A DNA stretch of 64,000 bases from Tubulanus polymorphus (taxonomy: Eukaryota > Animalia > Nemertea). This document shows positions 38,740 to 51,864 of this stretch, piece by piece (the first letter of the stretch is position 1; the number at the start of each line of letters is the position of its first letter). The stretch is from positions 16,712,150 to 16,776,149 of the forward strand of contig NC_134026.1 in assembly GCF_964204645.1 (NCBI RefSeq). Reading direction: 5' to 3'. Made by a program: the position numbers and the translations under genes. The notes under the pieces were generated by a model, which did not search any database, was not told the origin of the DNA, and saw only the letters and a program-made list of their open reading frames with translations.

Positions 38740-40171
38740 ATGGAAGTAACAGGTGGAGAAGATTATGAAATGCAAGAAAGGGGAAATAATAATGATGGAT
38801 ATATTGATGATGATTATAATGATGCAGGTGTTGATATTGATAATGATAATGAGACAGCATATAATTCTAATTTTGCAGATAGTGGTTCTAAAAATTCATC
38901 AACGGACGAGATTGATAGAAAAACTAAATAGAGAATAAATGCTGAAAATGAAAATCCAGATTAAGTAAAACAAAATTTAGAATATAATGAATATATTTAT
39001 CATTTCAAACCTATATTTGAAAAATCTGGATATCATATTAATGAGAGAGGTGCCAGATATTTAGTAAGAGAATTAAAATTTTTAGATGGTGAATATTATT
39101 ATCATTTGAAAGATGATTATTATATTGATATCTTTTATAAATTCAAAATAAAATATTAGCAAAATCAACTTTGAGAAAATTAGACCCATCTAGAATTAAA
39201 AGAATAAGAAATAGTAATGAATGAAAGTGTTACCGACACAGAAATTATTAAAAATAAAAGAGTATCTAAACAAAGAATTAATAAATTATTTGAAACAATT
39301 AATGAAAATTTAGAAATAGAAACAAGTTCTAAACAGAATATAACTTCCAAAACTAGTAAAATCAAGAAGAGTTCAAATTGATAAAATCTTACCGAATGGA
39401 TTACTTGATGCAACAAATCAAGAAATAGAAGAATTAGATATATTTTCTGATAAAGCAATTAGAGAAATAATAAGTATATGAAATGAAGCTAATAAAATTG
39501 CACACGCTAGAAATATTAGAGATGATAAAATTAAACATTTAGACGATGAATTATTTAATTCAAGAAAAGAATTAGAACAATTGAAGTTAGATAGAGATAA
39601 TAATGTTATTGCAGAATTTGAATTTAAAAAAAGAAATGTAAGTTTAGAAAAAGAATTTGATAATTTAGAAGTACAGAAAGAAGAAAATAAATTATTATTA
39701 AAATCATATGATTATTGTATTAATAGATTAAAATTTATTATTAAAGATTTAATAATAAAACCATATCCTGAAATATCATTAAAAGATAGAATAAAATTAT
39801 TATTTAAATTAAAAGGTATCACAATTCTTTCAATTCTAACATCTGTAACTATGATATTTAGAACAATAGGTTTAGCTATATCAAATTCATTAGAATCTAC
39901 ACCTACTCCTAATAAACCGGATAAACCTCCGAGCCATAATTCAATACAGGATAAAGTTAAAGATGGTTTTAAAAAATTAGCAAAATATCTATGGGAACTT
40001 TCTAAAAAATCTGCTGCAGCATTACTTGGAATTATTGCATCGATTGTTGGTTTTGTTTTAAAATCTGCTGGAAATATTATTAGTTTTGCTGCTGAACATA
40101 TAATTTTATTTTTAATCAAGGTTGTTAGTGCAATTATTTTTGTATTAGTTAATATGATGAAAAATAAATAA
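38740..40171 (+). pseudogene. Long coiled-coil protein with C-terminal amphipathic/TM helices
   Basis: Acidic N-terminus at 38740 and a broken middle. 39581-40171 contains GITILSILTSVTMIF, AAALLGIIASIVGFVL and HIILFLIKVVSAIIFVLV. Confidence 0.55.
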
Positions 40172-40187
40172 TAATTGTCTTAAATAA

Positions 40188-41426
40188 ATGAGTGGGAGTT
40201 GTATAAATCCTTCTAAGAATTCTAGAATATCTAATGCAATTAAAGCAGAAAGATGTCATCATATAATTACTAATAATCCTTCTAATATTAATCCCGATGA
40301 AACTTTATATGTTAGTATTCCTCGATTAACACAAAATACTTTTTATGTTCCAAATAGTATTTATTTATCAGCTGATATAAAAGTAACTGGTAATAATAAT
40401 AATTATGTCGTAGATAATGTTGGAAGATATTTAATTTAAAAATTAATTATAAAGATTGAACAGAAACAGTTTTTTCATTAGATGATTATAATCTATTTAC
40501 GCATTATAAAGATTTATGGAAATAGAAATGATATGATATTTCTAGGCATCCAATCAGAAAACCAAAATATATTAAGATCAGAAGCTATTAATGCAGTAGT
40601 AACTAATGACGTAGATAATTTAATAAAAAAGATTTATGGAAGCAAATATAAAATTCCATAAGACTTTGAATTGATAAATAGTAATGCGCCTTTATATAAA
40701 TATGCTATACAAGAAGATATTATATTCGAAATAACATTTGCTGTTAATGAAATTGTGCTATCTAGCGTTATTTAAGACATGGATTATAAATTATCAAATA
40801 TATGTTTAGAATATGATACAGTAACTGATGAAAATATTGCTAACACAATTCAAACTCAATATAATCAAGGATTTTCATTATTATATGAATATATTGATAA
40901 ATTTAAAACTGTAACTATTAATGCAAATGATGAAATAATTTATGAGAATATTAACTTCCCAAGAAGATCTATCAAAGGTATCTTAATATTTTTTTACCAT
41001 TGCAACATATTCTAATGGTGCAATAAAAGTTGATTGATAATTATTATAATCCTGAAATAGCAAAAGTAGAAATAACTATTGAAGGTATAGCAAATAACAT
41101 ATTTTGTCAGGGAATGAGAATGGTAGATCAATGGGTAGCAATTAAAAAACATTTTATTAATGAAAAAGTAAAATCATCTGAAGATTGTAACATTAATCAA
41201 ATTGATTATTATACCGGCAATAAATATGCATTATGTTAAGATTTTAGAACAACAGAGGATAACTTATTACATGGTTATGGGAAAAAATTACATAAATACA
41301 AAAGATGGAATACAATTGTTCATGAAAAAGAAAAAAGGAGTTTTAAATTATAAAATGCATATTTATATTATATCTGACGCACAATTGAATATTATAAATA
41401 CTCAATTTGATAGTGTTATGTATTAA
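40188..41426 (+). pseudogene. Putative major capsid protein (double jelly-roll), fragmented
   Basis: About 410 codons in total and beta-rich: NPSNINPDETLYVSIPRL, VDNVGRYLI, YKLSNICLEYD, INFPRRSIKGILIFF, YYNPEIAKVEITIEG, YIISDAQLNI. Size and position in the structural block fit an MCP. Confidence 0.65.
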
Positions 41427-41484
41427 GAAAATGTATTAAGAAAATGTATTAAAATTTTTATTTTAATAAAACTTTTTATAATAA

Positions 41485-42400
41485 ATGGATGAAGGTAAAG
41501 TATATAAACATATACCATAAAATGATAAACATGAAAATAATGATGGTCTAAGTTATATAATACCTTGAAATATAGCTTTGATATTTGATCCTATTTTTAA
41601 AAATTATAAAACCAAACTAATAGAAATCAATAATAATTTCATTGAAACCGAAAATAATAAAAGTGGTGTTGTTGATAATTTAAGTAATGAAATTGATAAT
41701 AATGTTATTCCTTCTACATCGAATAATGTTATACCTTCTACATCTAGTAATTTTATTCCTTCTACAACTAATAATGTTATACCTTCTACATCTAATTATG
41801 TTATACCTTCTACATCGAATAATGTTATACCTTCTACATCGAATAATGTTATCCCTTCTACATCTAGTTATGTTATTCCTTCAACATCTAGTAATGTTAT
41901 TCCTTCTACATCTAATAATGGAATAATAATAAATTATAGTGATAATAGAAATTATTGCGGATATTGTGATGGTGAATTTTCAAACGCTCAAACAAATTGG
42001 AATAATCATTTGAATAAAAATACACATATTACTAATGTTATAAAAAGTGTTGGTTTAAGAGAATTTATAGAACAACCATTTAGATATGTCATAAAATTTG
42101 TTTGAAAGGTAAATGGCAAAGAATTATATAAAGAATTATTAGTTAATTTTTTATTCAAGGATCCTAAAGAATCATATATTAAACTCATGATAGACGAATA
42201 AGATTTAACTGATGCAAAACAAATATTAGGGTTAATATTATAGTTACAGGTAAGCGTATTGATTATGATAATGAAGATTCTTTGAAACTGAAAACAGAAA
42301 ATAAAGCTACAGGATCCTAAGGATCTTTTAGAGTCTGATGATGAAAATAAAGCTAATAGTCATATCGATTATGATGATGTTGATTTCATGTATTAAATAC
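41485..42400 (+). pseudogene. Low-complexity repeat and zinc-finger protein
   Basis: About nine 24-bp NNVIPSTS repeats (41698-41916) followed by CGYCDGEFSNAQTNWNNHLNKNTH. Confidence 0.55.
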
Positions 42401-42765
42401 TTCCATAAGCAAATGATCATATAGATTCAAACTCAATTCTTTAACTTCTTGTATATGAATAATTCAGATAGTAAATATAATATATTGGTTGAAAATGCAA
42501 AATATATTATATAAATAATAGTTAATTAAAAAAGAAAAAGGGGTCTCAAACATTTATGTATCTAGTACGTATTAGATACGTATTAATTGAAATAACTTAA
42601 ATTATAATCTCAGTAATAATTTAGAACCTTTATTATTTTTTAATTTTCTCATATATTGGTTGAAAATTGGTATAAAATATATTGTATAAATAATAGTTAA
42701 TTAAAAAGGAGGTCTCAAGCATTTATGTATCTAATACGTATTATTTGAAATATCTTTTACTGAGG

Positions 42766-43365
42766 TTATTTTAAAAATTTATATGGAAATTGAAGTCTCA
42801 GTAACAATTTGGAACCTTTATCACTTTTTAATTTATTCATATATTCATCATGTAATTCCGTAGGTATAATTTGATTTTCTTCCAATGATTGTTGCATAGA
42901 TTTTCTATCTTTGTTATAAAATAATACTAAAAATCTAATGTTTTCTCTAAAATCTTTAACAATCGAATTATATTTTTGATTTAAAACCCATGTTGTTATC
43001 CCAGAATGTCTCCCAGAAAAAGCTGAATAGCAAAGTTCACTTTCTCTAACTTTTGAATCATGTAAATTTGTGCAATCATCTATGATGAATAATGTATTGG
43101 AACCTTTATCTAATGCAATTTTTATACAATTATCTAGATTATCTTTCACTGTTTTAGGATTTAATATAATAAACTTTTTTATCTTAACTATATCCCTGTT
43201 ATATGTTAGATTCATTTCATAAGTAGGACAGAATAATATTATATTATCAAAATGATTTTTATAAATAGTTTCTAACAAATCTAAGATAAAATGTGTTTAA
43301 CCACAATTTATTACTCCAGTAGCTAACATATTATGTGGTTCAAATATAAATAAATCTTTATTCAT
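42766..43365 (-). pseudogene. A32/FtsK-like DNA packaging ATPase (copy B)
   Basis: Walker A ATGVINCG*T carries a stop here but is intact as GVTNCGKT in copy C. Also Walker B LFIIDD, GRHSGITTWVLNQKY and FRENI. Confidence 0.88.
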
Positions 43366-43387
43366 TTATTCTTTCAATTTTACTAAA

Positions 43388-43663
43388 TGATAATGATAAT
43401 GATAATGATAATGACGACGACTACGACTACGACTACGACTACGACTACGACTACGACTACGACTACGACTACGACTACGACTACGACTACGACTACGACT
43501 ACGACTACGACTACGACTACGACTACGACTACGACTACGACTACGACTACGACTACGACTACGACTACGACTACGATTACGATTGATTATGATTATGATT
43601 ATGATTGATTATGATTATGATTATGATTATGATTATGATAATATTAATATTAATATTAATAAT
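43388..43663. repeat. Compound microsatellite (GATAAT)n-(GACTAC)n-(GATTAT)n forming the LINE 3' tail
   Basis: About 26 GACTAC units flanked by GATAAT/GATTAT units, directly at the 3' end of the LINE. Confidence 0.95.
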
Positions 43664-46600
43664 AAAACTTTTAAAATGCTGTAATTCCAAGCCAATGAGG
43701 TAAATTTCAAAAGCGCTCCTCTGGAGTGTCATAGAATGCACGGAAAAGCACTGTTTTGAGGTGAGGGCGACATATCCAGAACTTTTTGCTGAGAGTCAAT
43801 GAATTGGTTCCAAGGTCTGGGCGCACTCCATGAAAATGTTCTTCCTCCAAAATTACACAAACGGTATGTGGGTTCTACTAATTTGTGCTGATTAGCCGAA
43901 CGTAATGTACGAGCCGGGATGTAGACTTGAATAAGTTCACTGATATATACAGGGGCGTAGCCAGTGAGAGCTTTGAAGGTCAGCAACATAACCTTGTACT
44001 TAATCCTGGCGTCAACTGATAGCCAGAGCAGCTCACGCAATATGAGTGTAATGTGCTCGAATTTAGAAACACGCATAACGAGACGAGCAGCACAGTTTTG
44101 AAGCCATTGAAGTTTACGAATCAGTTCATGCGAAATTCCACAGAGCAGACTATTACAATAATCCATCCTTGAACGAGGGCCTGAACAAGTGATTTAGTAG
44201 CTGTGTAGGTTAAGTTCCTACGTGCCAGCCCAATGTTACGCATGTGATAATATCCACTTTTTAGAACTCATTGAACATGTGATTTCATGGAGAGCTCGCT
44301 ATCAAACATGACGCCCAGATTACGAATTGGTTTTTCTGATACAAGAACTTCTACACCAGCAACACTCAATGATTTGATGTCAACAGATCAGAGGCGTTCT
44401 TTCGTCCCAAGTAAGAATACCTGTCTTTGATGCATTAGCCTTTATAAGGTTGGCCGTGTACCAGTTAAAAACAGCTTGTAAACAAGACTCCACATTCTGC
44501 AGCTGTTGTGTAACTTTAAGCGGATTGTTGAGGCATTTAATGAGTTTGTAGGCCTGGGTATCATCCGCGAACCCATGTCGGTCGACATGATACGATCGGA
44601 TGAGTTCTAATGGTAATATATACACTAGAAAAAGAAGTGGCCCCAGGACAGAACCTTGAGGCGCACCGTACTTTAGGTCTTGTTCACTGGATGTATGTCC
44701 ATTTATAACCACTTGCAATTTTCTACAACTGAGGTATGAACTAAACCACTCAAGAGCAGAATCAGTTATACCAACGTATTCTTTCAGGCGAGCAAGTAAT
44801 ACAGAGTGATCAATTGTGTCGAACGCTGCACTTAAATCCAGCAAGATGAGGATAACAATGCCATCTGCATCAGTCATAGTGCGGATATCTTCCTGAACTT
44901 TTGGAAGCGCTGTTTCAGTGCTATGGTTCGATTTGTAGGCTGATTGTAAATATTCGTGCAGATCATATCTATCCATGTGGTCACATAATCGCTTAGCAAC
45001 AATGCGTTCGAGAACCTTTGATAAGAACGATAGGTTGCTCACAGGGCGGTAATTCTGTAAAACATCAGCGTCAAGCGATGATTTCTTGAGAATAGGCGTG
45101 ACCAGGGCACGTTTAATACATCTGGTACGATATCTCTTGATAATGACAAGTTTATGATATTTGTTACTGCGGATAGACTGCAGTTAATAGTACTACTGAA
45201 CAGCCAAGTAGGCATGGGATCCAGGGAACATGACTTCTTTGGCGCAGATTGAATAATTCTACGGACCTCGTAAAATGTTCGGCATTGGATGATCCTGGTG
45301 GCAGTCTACTGGTTGGACGTCAGACAGACCAGGTAAGCTCGAGCGGATTGATTCCACTTTACTTAGAAAGAAGGTGGCAAATTTCTCTGCGAGATCAGCT
45401 GGATCTACATGCCTGGGCAGTTTTGAAACTTTGCCACTATACAGGAGCTGGTTATATATGCCTTGGAGTCTTTTCTGATCACCTGCGGCGTCCTCAATAA
45501 GAGTGTTATAATAAGTGGACTTAGCTCTCATGATCGGCGTGCCTCCAGAAAGACCTGTTTATGAACTTCTAGTGACTTACGCCACTTTCTTTCAGCTTTG
45601 CGCTTGGCGCACTTAACAGCATGGACATCATCAGTAAACCAAGGGTGCGATGGCCTTACAAGTACACGTTTTGACTTAATCGGCGCATGCTTGTCGAGGG
45701 CTTGACTTACACCATCAAAGAAAACTGAAACGGCATGGTCGATGTCACTAATCGTTGATACACTAGAATTGACTTCTGAGATATCTGTCTCAAAAGCTTC
45801 CATGTCGATATTTCTCAGTTTCCTGGTGTTCCTAAAAAACTGTGATTGGCGATGGCTTTCGTTGGGCTAAATTGCATAATATGATGTGATGGTCAGATAT
45901 CATATCACCTACACTGACAGATTTTATGATATTATCATCATTTCTTGTGATGACAGCATCTAGGATATGTCCCGCTCGATGCGTTGGTTCAGTCACATGT
46001 TGGATCAAACCAAAATTGTTTATCATCTCCAAAAACGTCTTAGTATCTGGGTGCGAAGGAATGTCAAGGTGAAAATTGGTATCACCCAATATCACTAAGT
46101 TGTCAGAAGACGGTGGGAGATTATGAAGAAACCGATACATCTCGTCAAAGAACTGAGATGTAGTTAATTTATTCTTGCGTGATGGCGGTGGACGGTACAC
46201 CACAATAATTTTAATCCATTTAGAGGATAAACATAATCGCATCTGTATAAGTTGAAATGAAGGGAAAGTTTCCACACAAGGAAGGAGTTCAACAGAATGG
46301 ACAAAGTCCTTGACAAGGATCCCGACACCACCGTATCCTGCATCGCGTGGGATGAAAAATAGTTTGTAGCCATATTGGTTCAGGGTCTTAACATAGATTT
46401 CATCATAAGACACATATATTTCATCATAAGCCTTGTTAGTAATCCAGGTTTCAGTCATGCAACGTATATCGATGTCATGATCATCAATTAACTCCCAGAT
46501 TTTGTCAATCTTATTCCTAACTGACTGGCAATTCAAAGCCGCGAGGTTTAAGCTGGTTGATGGAGCATGATGCCGTTGATGGCAAGTTCTCCTAGTCCGC

Positions 46601-47022
46601 TTTTTACGCCTTGTAGACGACCTTCTGTATATATTTTATGACTTCAGTTTGTCATGCAATATATTGTCAATTTTATATTTATATCCACTGAATGACTTAA
46701 TAGTTGAGTAATCCATTCTGATGTCAATTGGGTGCGCTATTGATCTACTGTATGTATAGATATCCAGTCCACCATGACATGTAGGTTCAAGTGTACTCCA
46801 TATATAAGTCCCAATGACAAAATAGAAGAAAATCTAATCCTCCAAAAAAGTGCCAATCAAGCTAAGTATCCACTAAGTTCCATATCCAAAACAAGTCACT
46901 AGCACTTTATGAACATCCATGCAATTTTCCAGCAGAGCTCCAGAGGTAATACTGGAAAAAAACCTGGTTTTGTAGGAGAGCACTGAGGAGCAGCTTTTCA
47001 ACGCTCACTAGCGCCACCCTTC
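43388..47022 (-). mobile_element. L2/CR1-group LINE (APE endonuclease + RT), degraded, inserted in the last codons of the integrase
   Basis: APE: NCQSVRNK, TETW, GGVGI, VYRPP, GDTNFH, SDH. RT: NLSFLSKVLE, LDLSAAFDTIDH, GAPQGSVLGP, FADD. C-terminal DYCNSLL and LQNCAAR. The flanks rejoin to match 60560-60600. Confidence 0.92.
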
Positions 47023-48072
47023 TAAAATCCATTCATTAAATTTATCATCATATCCTTTATATTTCACCAAAGAATATTTCTTACCACGCAAAGTTTTTGT
47101 TTTTGATACTTTTTCTTTCTTGTATTCTTTATCATCTGGATTTGGTACAAGTGATAATTCTTGTTCATAAAAATAACCTAATATTTCTTCATCTTTTAAA
47201 TCTTCTAACTTATAAACAAACAGTTTAGTTAATATAATTTTTTTAATTTTAAATATATAATGTTTATTACAAATTATAAAATGTTTTTTGGTATTTAGAA
47301 ATTCTAACATGTTGACCAATCTTAAATTTAGGTTCTCCACAATCATGTGTAACAAACGCACAATATAAATTATTCCAAACAACTTCTGAATTATCTTCTT
47401 TTCTAGCTTGTATAGGTTTCAAACCAATACTTGAATGTTTAGAATTATTATAACCTTTCACTAAATCATCTAAAACATCGATATATTTATATGTTTCATT
47501 AGCAGTAAAATATTTCCACATTCTAGTTCTCAATGTTTCATTACAACTTTCTATACTAGATATTTTTTATCTGAATGTTTTGGAAAATACTCTATATTGT
47601 TATCAGATAATAATTTTTTAAAATGTTTATAATAAAATGCTTTACCTTCATCAAATTGTATCTTATCTGGGATAGCTTCTTTAAATATATTTCTAAAAGC
47701 ATTTGTAACTTCTATACCTGTTTTGTTTTTGATTGGAATTGACCATGCTTATCTACTGAATATATCTATAACATTTAATATCCAGAAATAAACTTTATTG
47801 TATTCTTCTAAGTTTTTCATATCAATTAAATCTGCTTGCCATTGTTGATCAATATATGAAACCATAACTTATCTTGTTAAATAATTTTTATCCATTTTCT
47901 TATGGATTTGATATGTTGGTTAATTTTGTAACCATAATTTTAATTCACTATATTTTATATTTTCATTATCAAATTTTATCTTATCTCAAAATTCTGAAAC
48001 ACTAGAAAATGATACTTAACTCTCTGGGTTATAATATAAATCTCTTAGATATTGTTTTTTTCAACTTATCCA
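47023..48072 (-). pseudogene. Retroviral-like (rve) integrase with chromodomain, copy B
   Basis: QWQADL, QFDEG, RMWKYFTANETYKYIDVL...YNNSKHSSIG and chromodomain KKYSLVKYKGYDDKFNEWI; many frameshifts. Confidence 0.9.
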
Positions 48073-48430
48073 TTAATAATAATAATTTAGATACATTTTC
48101 AATGATTTTATCATTGGATTTATTTTCTGGTATAATAGGTTTATCATCATCATCATCATTATTATTATCAAATTTGAATTTATACATTACACCAGAGAAT
48201 ATCATTACTGTGACTAATCCAATTGTAATATATAAGGAATTATTACTTCCAGTATTAGAAGCATTAGATGGATTATTATTTGAATTAATATCAGATAATG
48301 TCTGTGATTCATTTATGACGGTTAATTTCTCTTTCTTAGCTTTTTTTAACTCAGCAGATTTTCTACCTAATTGCTTTGACCACGCAATTTGTTTTTCAGA
48401 TCTATGCTTTCTCTTAATACCATCACTCAT
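48029..48430 (-). CDS. Small basic N-terminus plus TM protein (homologue at ~61640-61985)
   Basis: RSEKQIAWSKQLG...LYITIGLVTVMIFSGV; conserved in copy C. Confidence 0.55.
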   Translation of the reverse strand: MSDGIKRKHRSEKQIAWSKQLGRKSAELKKAKKEKLTVINESQTLSDINSNNNPSNASNTGSNNSLYITIGLVTVMIFSGVMYKFKFDNNNDDDDDKPIIPENKSNDKIIENVSKLLLLMDKLKKTISKRFIL

Positions 48431-49000
48431 TTATTTTACTTAATTTTTGTTCTGATTTTGATATTATCTGATTTATTATCCGTTTCGATATTATCTGATT
48501 TATATACTATAGGTTTGATATTAGAAAATGTTATAACTCCAGTAGAAATTTATATCATAACTGTTCCTAATTGAAAGGAAAAATATCCGACCCATTTTTG
48601 TAATTCTGTCATAACTAAGTAATCATTTTTTAAATCAGTATATAATGTATTTTCATCATTAATTGGTATTATCCGGTTGCATAACTTAGAATAGCATTTT
48701 ACTATTCCATCATTAATAGAGTCAATTATTCGGGCTAATCTAGCTTCTTCGTATATTTTATTTCTTTTTCTTTGTCCATAGAGTCTAATTCTTGATATGT
48801 TATAATTTTACTTAGGAATTCTTTGCATTTACCACTAGTAATTAATAATTCGAGTTGATGTTTACAATACAAATAGTATTCAATATCAATATTATTATTT
48901 TGAATACAATTAGTTGCTACATTATCGTTATTATTTTCAATTTTGCCTTCGGTTAATCCTAAATCATCTATTGTTTTTTCAATATCAATATGAAAGAATT
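48423..49000 (-). pseudogene. Conserved hypothetical Polinton gene (homologue of 61978-62580)
   Basis: Nucleotide similarity to 61978-62560 (YCKH.LELLI, YEEARL.RI, LKNDYLVMTELQKWVGY). Confidence 0.6.
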
Positions 49001-49524
49001 CTTACTACTAGCTAGTTAAAGTTAAAGAATTTTTATTCAATTCTTATCAAAATCTATTTAATCTAGTGTTAATTAGAATTGAATGAGAACTTATTAAAAA
49101 TATAATAGAAATAATGGCTAGTTGAAGTTATTGTTTTTTTAATATTTTGTTTTTGAATTCTATTTAAGATCTTTCTACTTTTGTCTATAGGAGCAGTTAC
49201 TATTACTGTCCAGATATTTCATTTCGGATTTTTGATATTAAATTCCACAAACTATTCTTTAACCACTTAATAAAGATTCAACGTATTGTTCATTATTTGG
49301 ATTTGGATCATTGTTCATAATTCAATAAATTTCTTTGCTTTATCTAACTGATCCAAATATAATAGACCGGGAGCCACGAGACTTTATTCAAACGAACTAT
49401 GGCAGAAGGTTTGATGATGTCATTTGGTCACTATTAATCAGTATGAAATGAAAATGAAAGGCTGCCGAAATACAGTTTGTCCATTTGGGGTTCAGGGTCC
49501 TCAAAAACGGGGTCAAAATATCAT

Positions 49525-50195
49525 ATCAATCAAACTTTCGACATGAATATGTTGATATATGAACGCGACAAGTCGCCATATTTATGTCGATATATCGCGA
49601 TATATCGTGTCAAGTCCACATGAATATGTCTACATATCGTGGCGTTTTCACGACAAATTTCGCTTATTTGCTCATTTTCCACGGGACAAGCCGTCATTTG
49701 AAGACATGTCTAAATGTAAGATGAGGACGCCAGTAATATGACGACTGAGTTTCAAGTCGTCATGAATATGTCGACTTGTCGCGAGGAAAACGGTTGAGAA
49801 AACGAAATATGTCGTCAAAACGTCACGATATATCGACATATTCATGTCGACTTGACGCGATATATCGCGGTATGTTGACAATAATATGGCGACTTGTCGA
49901 GTTGGAACGCGTCATCTCGAGGCCCCTTATCGCTTCCGTAGATATAGTGTCGAATATTAAGGTCATTTTGGCAGATTCTTTTTTTAAAAGTGATATTAAA
50001 GCGATCATTCAAGTGATCCTACTTAATGAAAAATCTACGGAAGCGATAAAGGGCCTCGAGTTGTTGCGTTCCAACTCGACAAGTCGCTATATTTATGTCG
50101 ATATATCGCAACAATTCGACATGAATATGTCGACATATCGTGACGTTTTGACGACTTGAAACTCAGTCGTCATATCACTGGCGTCCTCATCTTTC
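49525..50195. mobile_element. TACGGAAG-terminated DNA-transposon ends in inverted arrangement with internal CGACA/TGTCG repeats
   Basis: ...ggccccttatcgcttccgta ends at 49940 and tacggaagcgataaagggcc starts at 50036. 50036-50195 is a reverse-complement copy (with deletion) of 49715-49940. Confidence 0.6.
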
Positions 50196-50404
50196 AGCAA
50201 CGCCAGTCACATGGAGTCGTACGTGTTCTACTTTCTGCGACCAACACGACTGTCACAACCAACCAACGCGCTCTTGCGACTGGCAGAAACTAGTCGCACA
50301 CAATCGTATTGCAAGCGACTTGCATCGAAACTTGCGATGCAACGCGAGGATCGCATCATGTCACAAGAACAACCTACGTCTGGCTTTAAGTTACTGCGGA
50401 GCAC

Positions 50405-51287
50405 CAGAAATATCTTTTTTATTCGTTCAAAAGACCTTTCGCTTGAAAATTCTTTCGTCGGAACAAAATTTATTTCGTTCGAACCAATAATATTCTATAC
50501 GATTGAACCAATTTGAAAAAATCGTAAGAACAAAGTTGAACAAACGTTTTTTTGTCCAAACGAAAGGTTTTTCGTTCGAACAATCATTCAATTGAACAGA
50601 ATCGTTTTAATTTGAACAGAATTTTCTTGTCAGAACATTAAGTTTTTCGTTCGAACAAGTATATTGAAAAAAGTTTTTTCTCCGAACCGAAAGTATTAAG
50701 TATTTCGTTCAATCGAACAGAATTGTTTTCATTCAAACATTCGTTCGAAAAAAATTCTTTTCGCTCAACCAAATTTTTTTTCATTTCAACAATAACATAG
50801 CTTTTTATTCGAACACATTTTTTGTCAGAATGAAGAAAATTTTTGGTTCAAGCAAAAAGCGTATTGTTCGATCAAACAGAATTATTTTCATTCGAACAAG
50901 ATTTTCTTGTTGGAACATTAAGTTTTTTGGTCGAACAGCGTGTTAAGGTCGATTTGGAAATTTACTCGGTCTGGTATATGTTGGATTACTGTGTATGCCA
51001 TTTGTCAGGACAATAAACAGAAGACAACTTAGGATACTACCTTGCGTGACTCCACTAGTTTGACCGACTTATTCCAAGATGAGGCGTTCCGTTGATTTCA
51101 GCTACAAGTTTTAGTTCAGAGATAACTGCTGAGCCATTTGGGCGACCTATCATTGATACTGTTTCCTAATAGCCTGTTTAGTAATGGCTGATGTTGTGCC
51201 TTGTCAAATGCTTCGTCAAAATCCACCGTTGAACAGGATTCTAAGACTGTGCAGAAAACCCGTTATCGCTGCTTTGCAGCTATATTT
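50405..51287 (-). mobile_element. Helitron/Helentron-like element with TTCGAAC-rich internal repeats
   Basis: Head homologous to 26760-27118; degenerate ttcgaaca repeats at 50420-50940. Confidence 0.6.
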
Positions 51288-51864
51288 CATGTTAAATTTC
51301 GATATTGGTAAAACATGGTCTATATGAAAGTATTCACCATAATTACTTATTTTCATTTTATCATTAAACTGATATACAATCCATGATTTAAAGAATTCAT
51401 CCGAACAATCTAAAAAATTAGATAGTGTAACTGAATGCGTTTCTTTACTGAACAAATGTGATAATCTAGATCTTAAACATTGTTTCGATTTAAAATTAAG
51501 ATCGGTTTGACATCTTTCTTTTCGATAATTATATTGATATTCATTAAAATATTCACGATTATTAGCTATCCATTGTTTTTTCAGTTTTTTTATATTTTCT
51601 GAATTACTTGCTTGATATTGCTTAATCTTATAATTGCGTGTTTCAATATTATTTCTATAATATTGTTTATCATATAGTTTACTACAAGTTTTACAATTAT
51701 ATTGCAAACCATCTTTCTTGGTCTTATTTTTATAATATTCTTCTAATAATTTATTTATTTTACACTTACAACATATCTTATATATATTAACAACACTATG
51801 TGTAATATTGATACATTGTGGCTGTTTACTTTCCATTTATTACACATATTTCTTATTAAAACGA

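Larger units (their letters stand above)
49300..51836 (-). pseudogene. HNH endonuclease of copy B, split by insertions
   Basis: 51836-51288 has CCKC..CKTC and HIDHVLPISKF. The C-terminal remnant LYLDQLDKAKKF at 49320-49363 matches 63765-63800. Confidence 0.75.

Noticed and set aside
43387-43608. Poly-Thr ORF
   Set aside because: It is a translation of the (GACTAC)n microsatellite.
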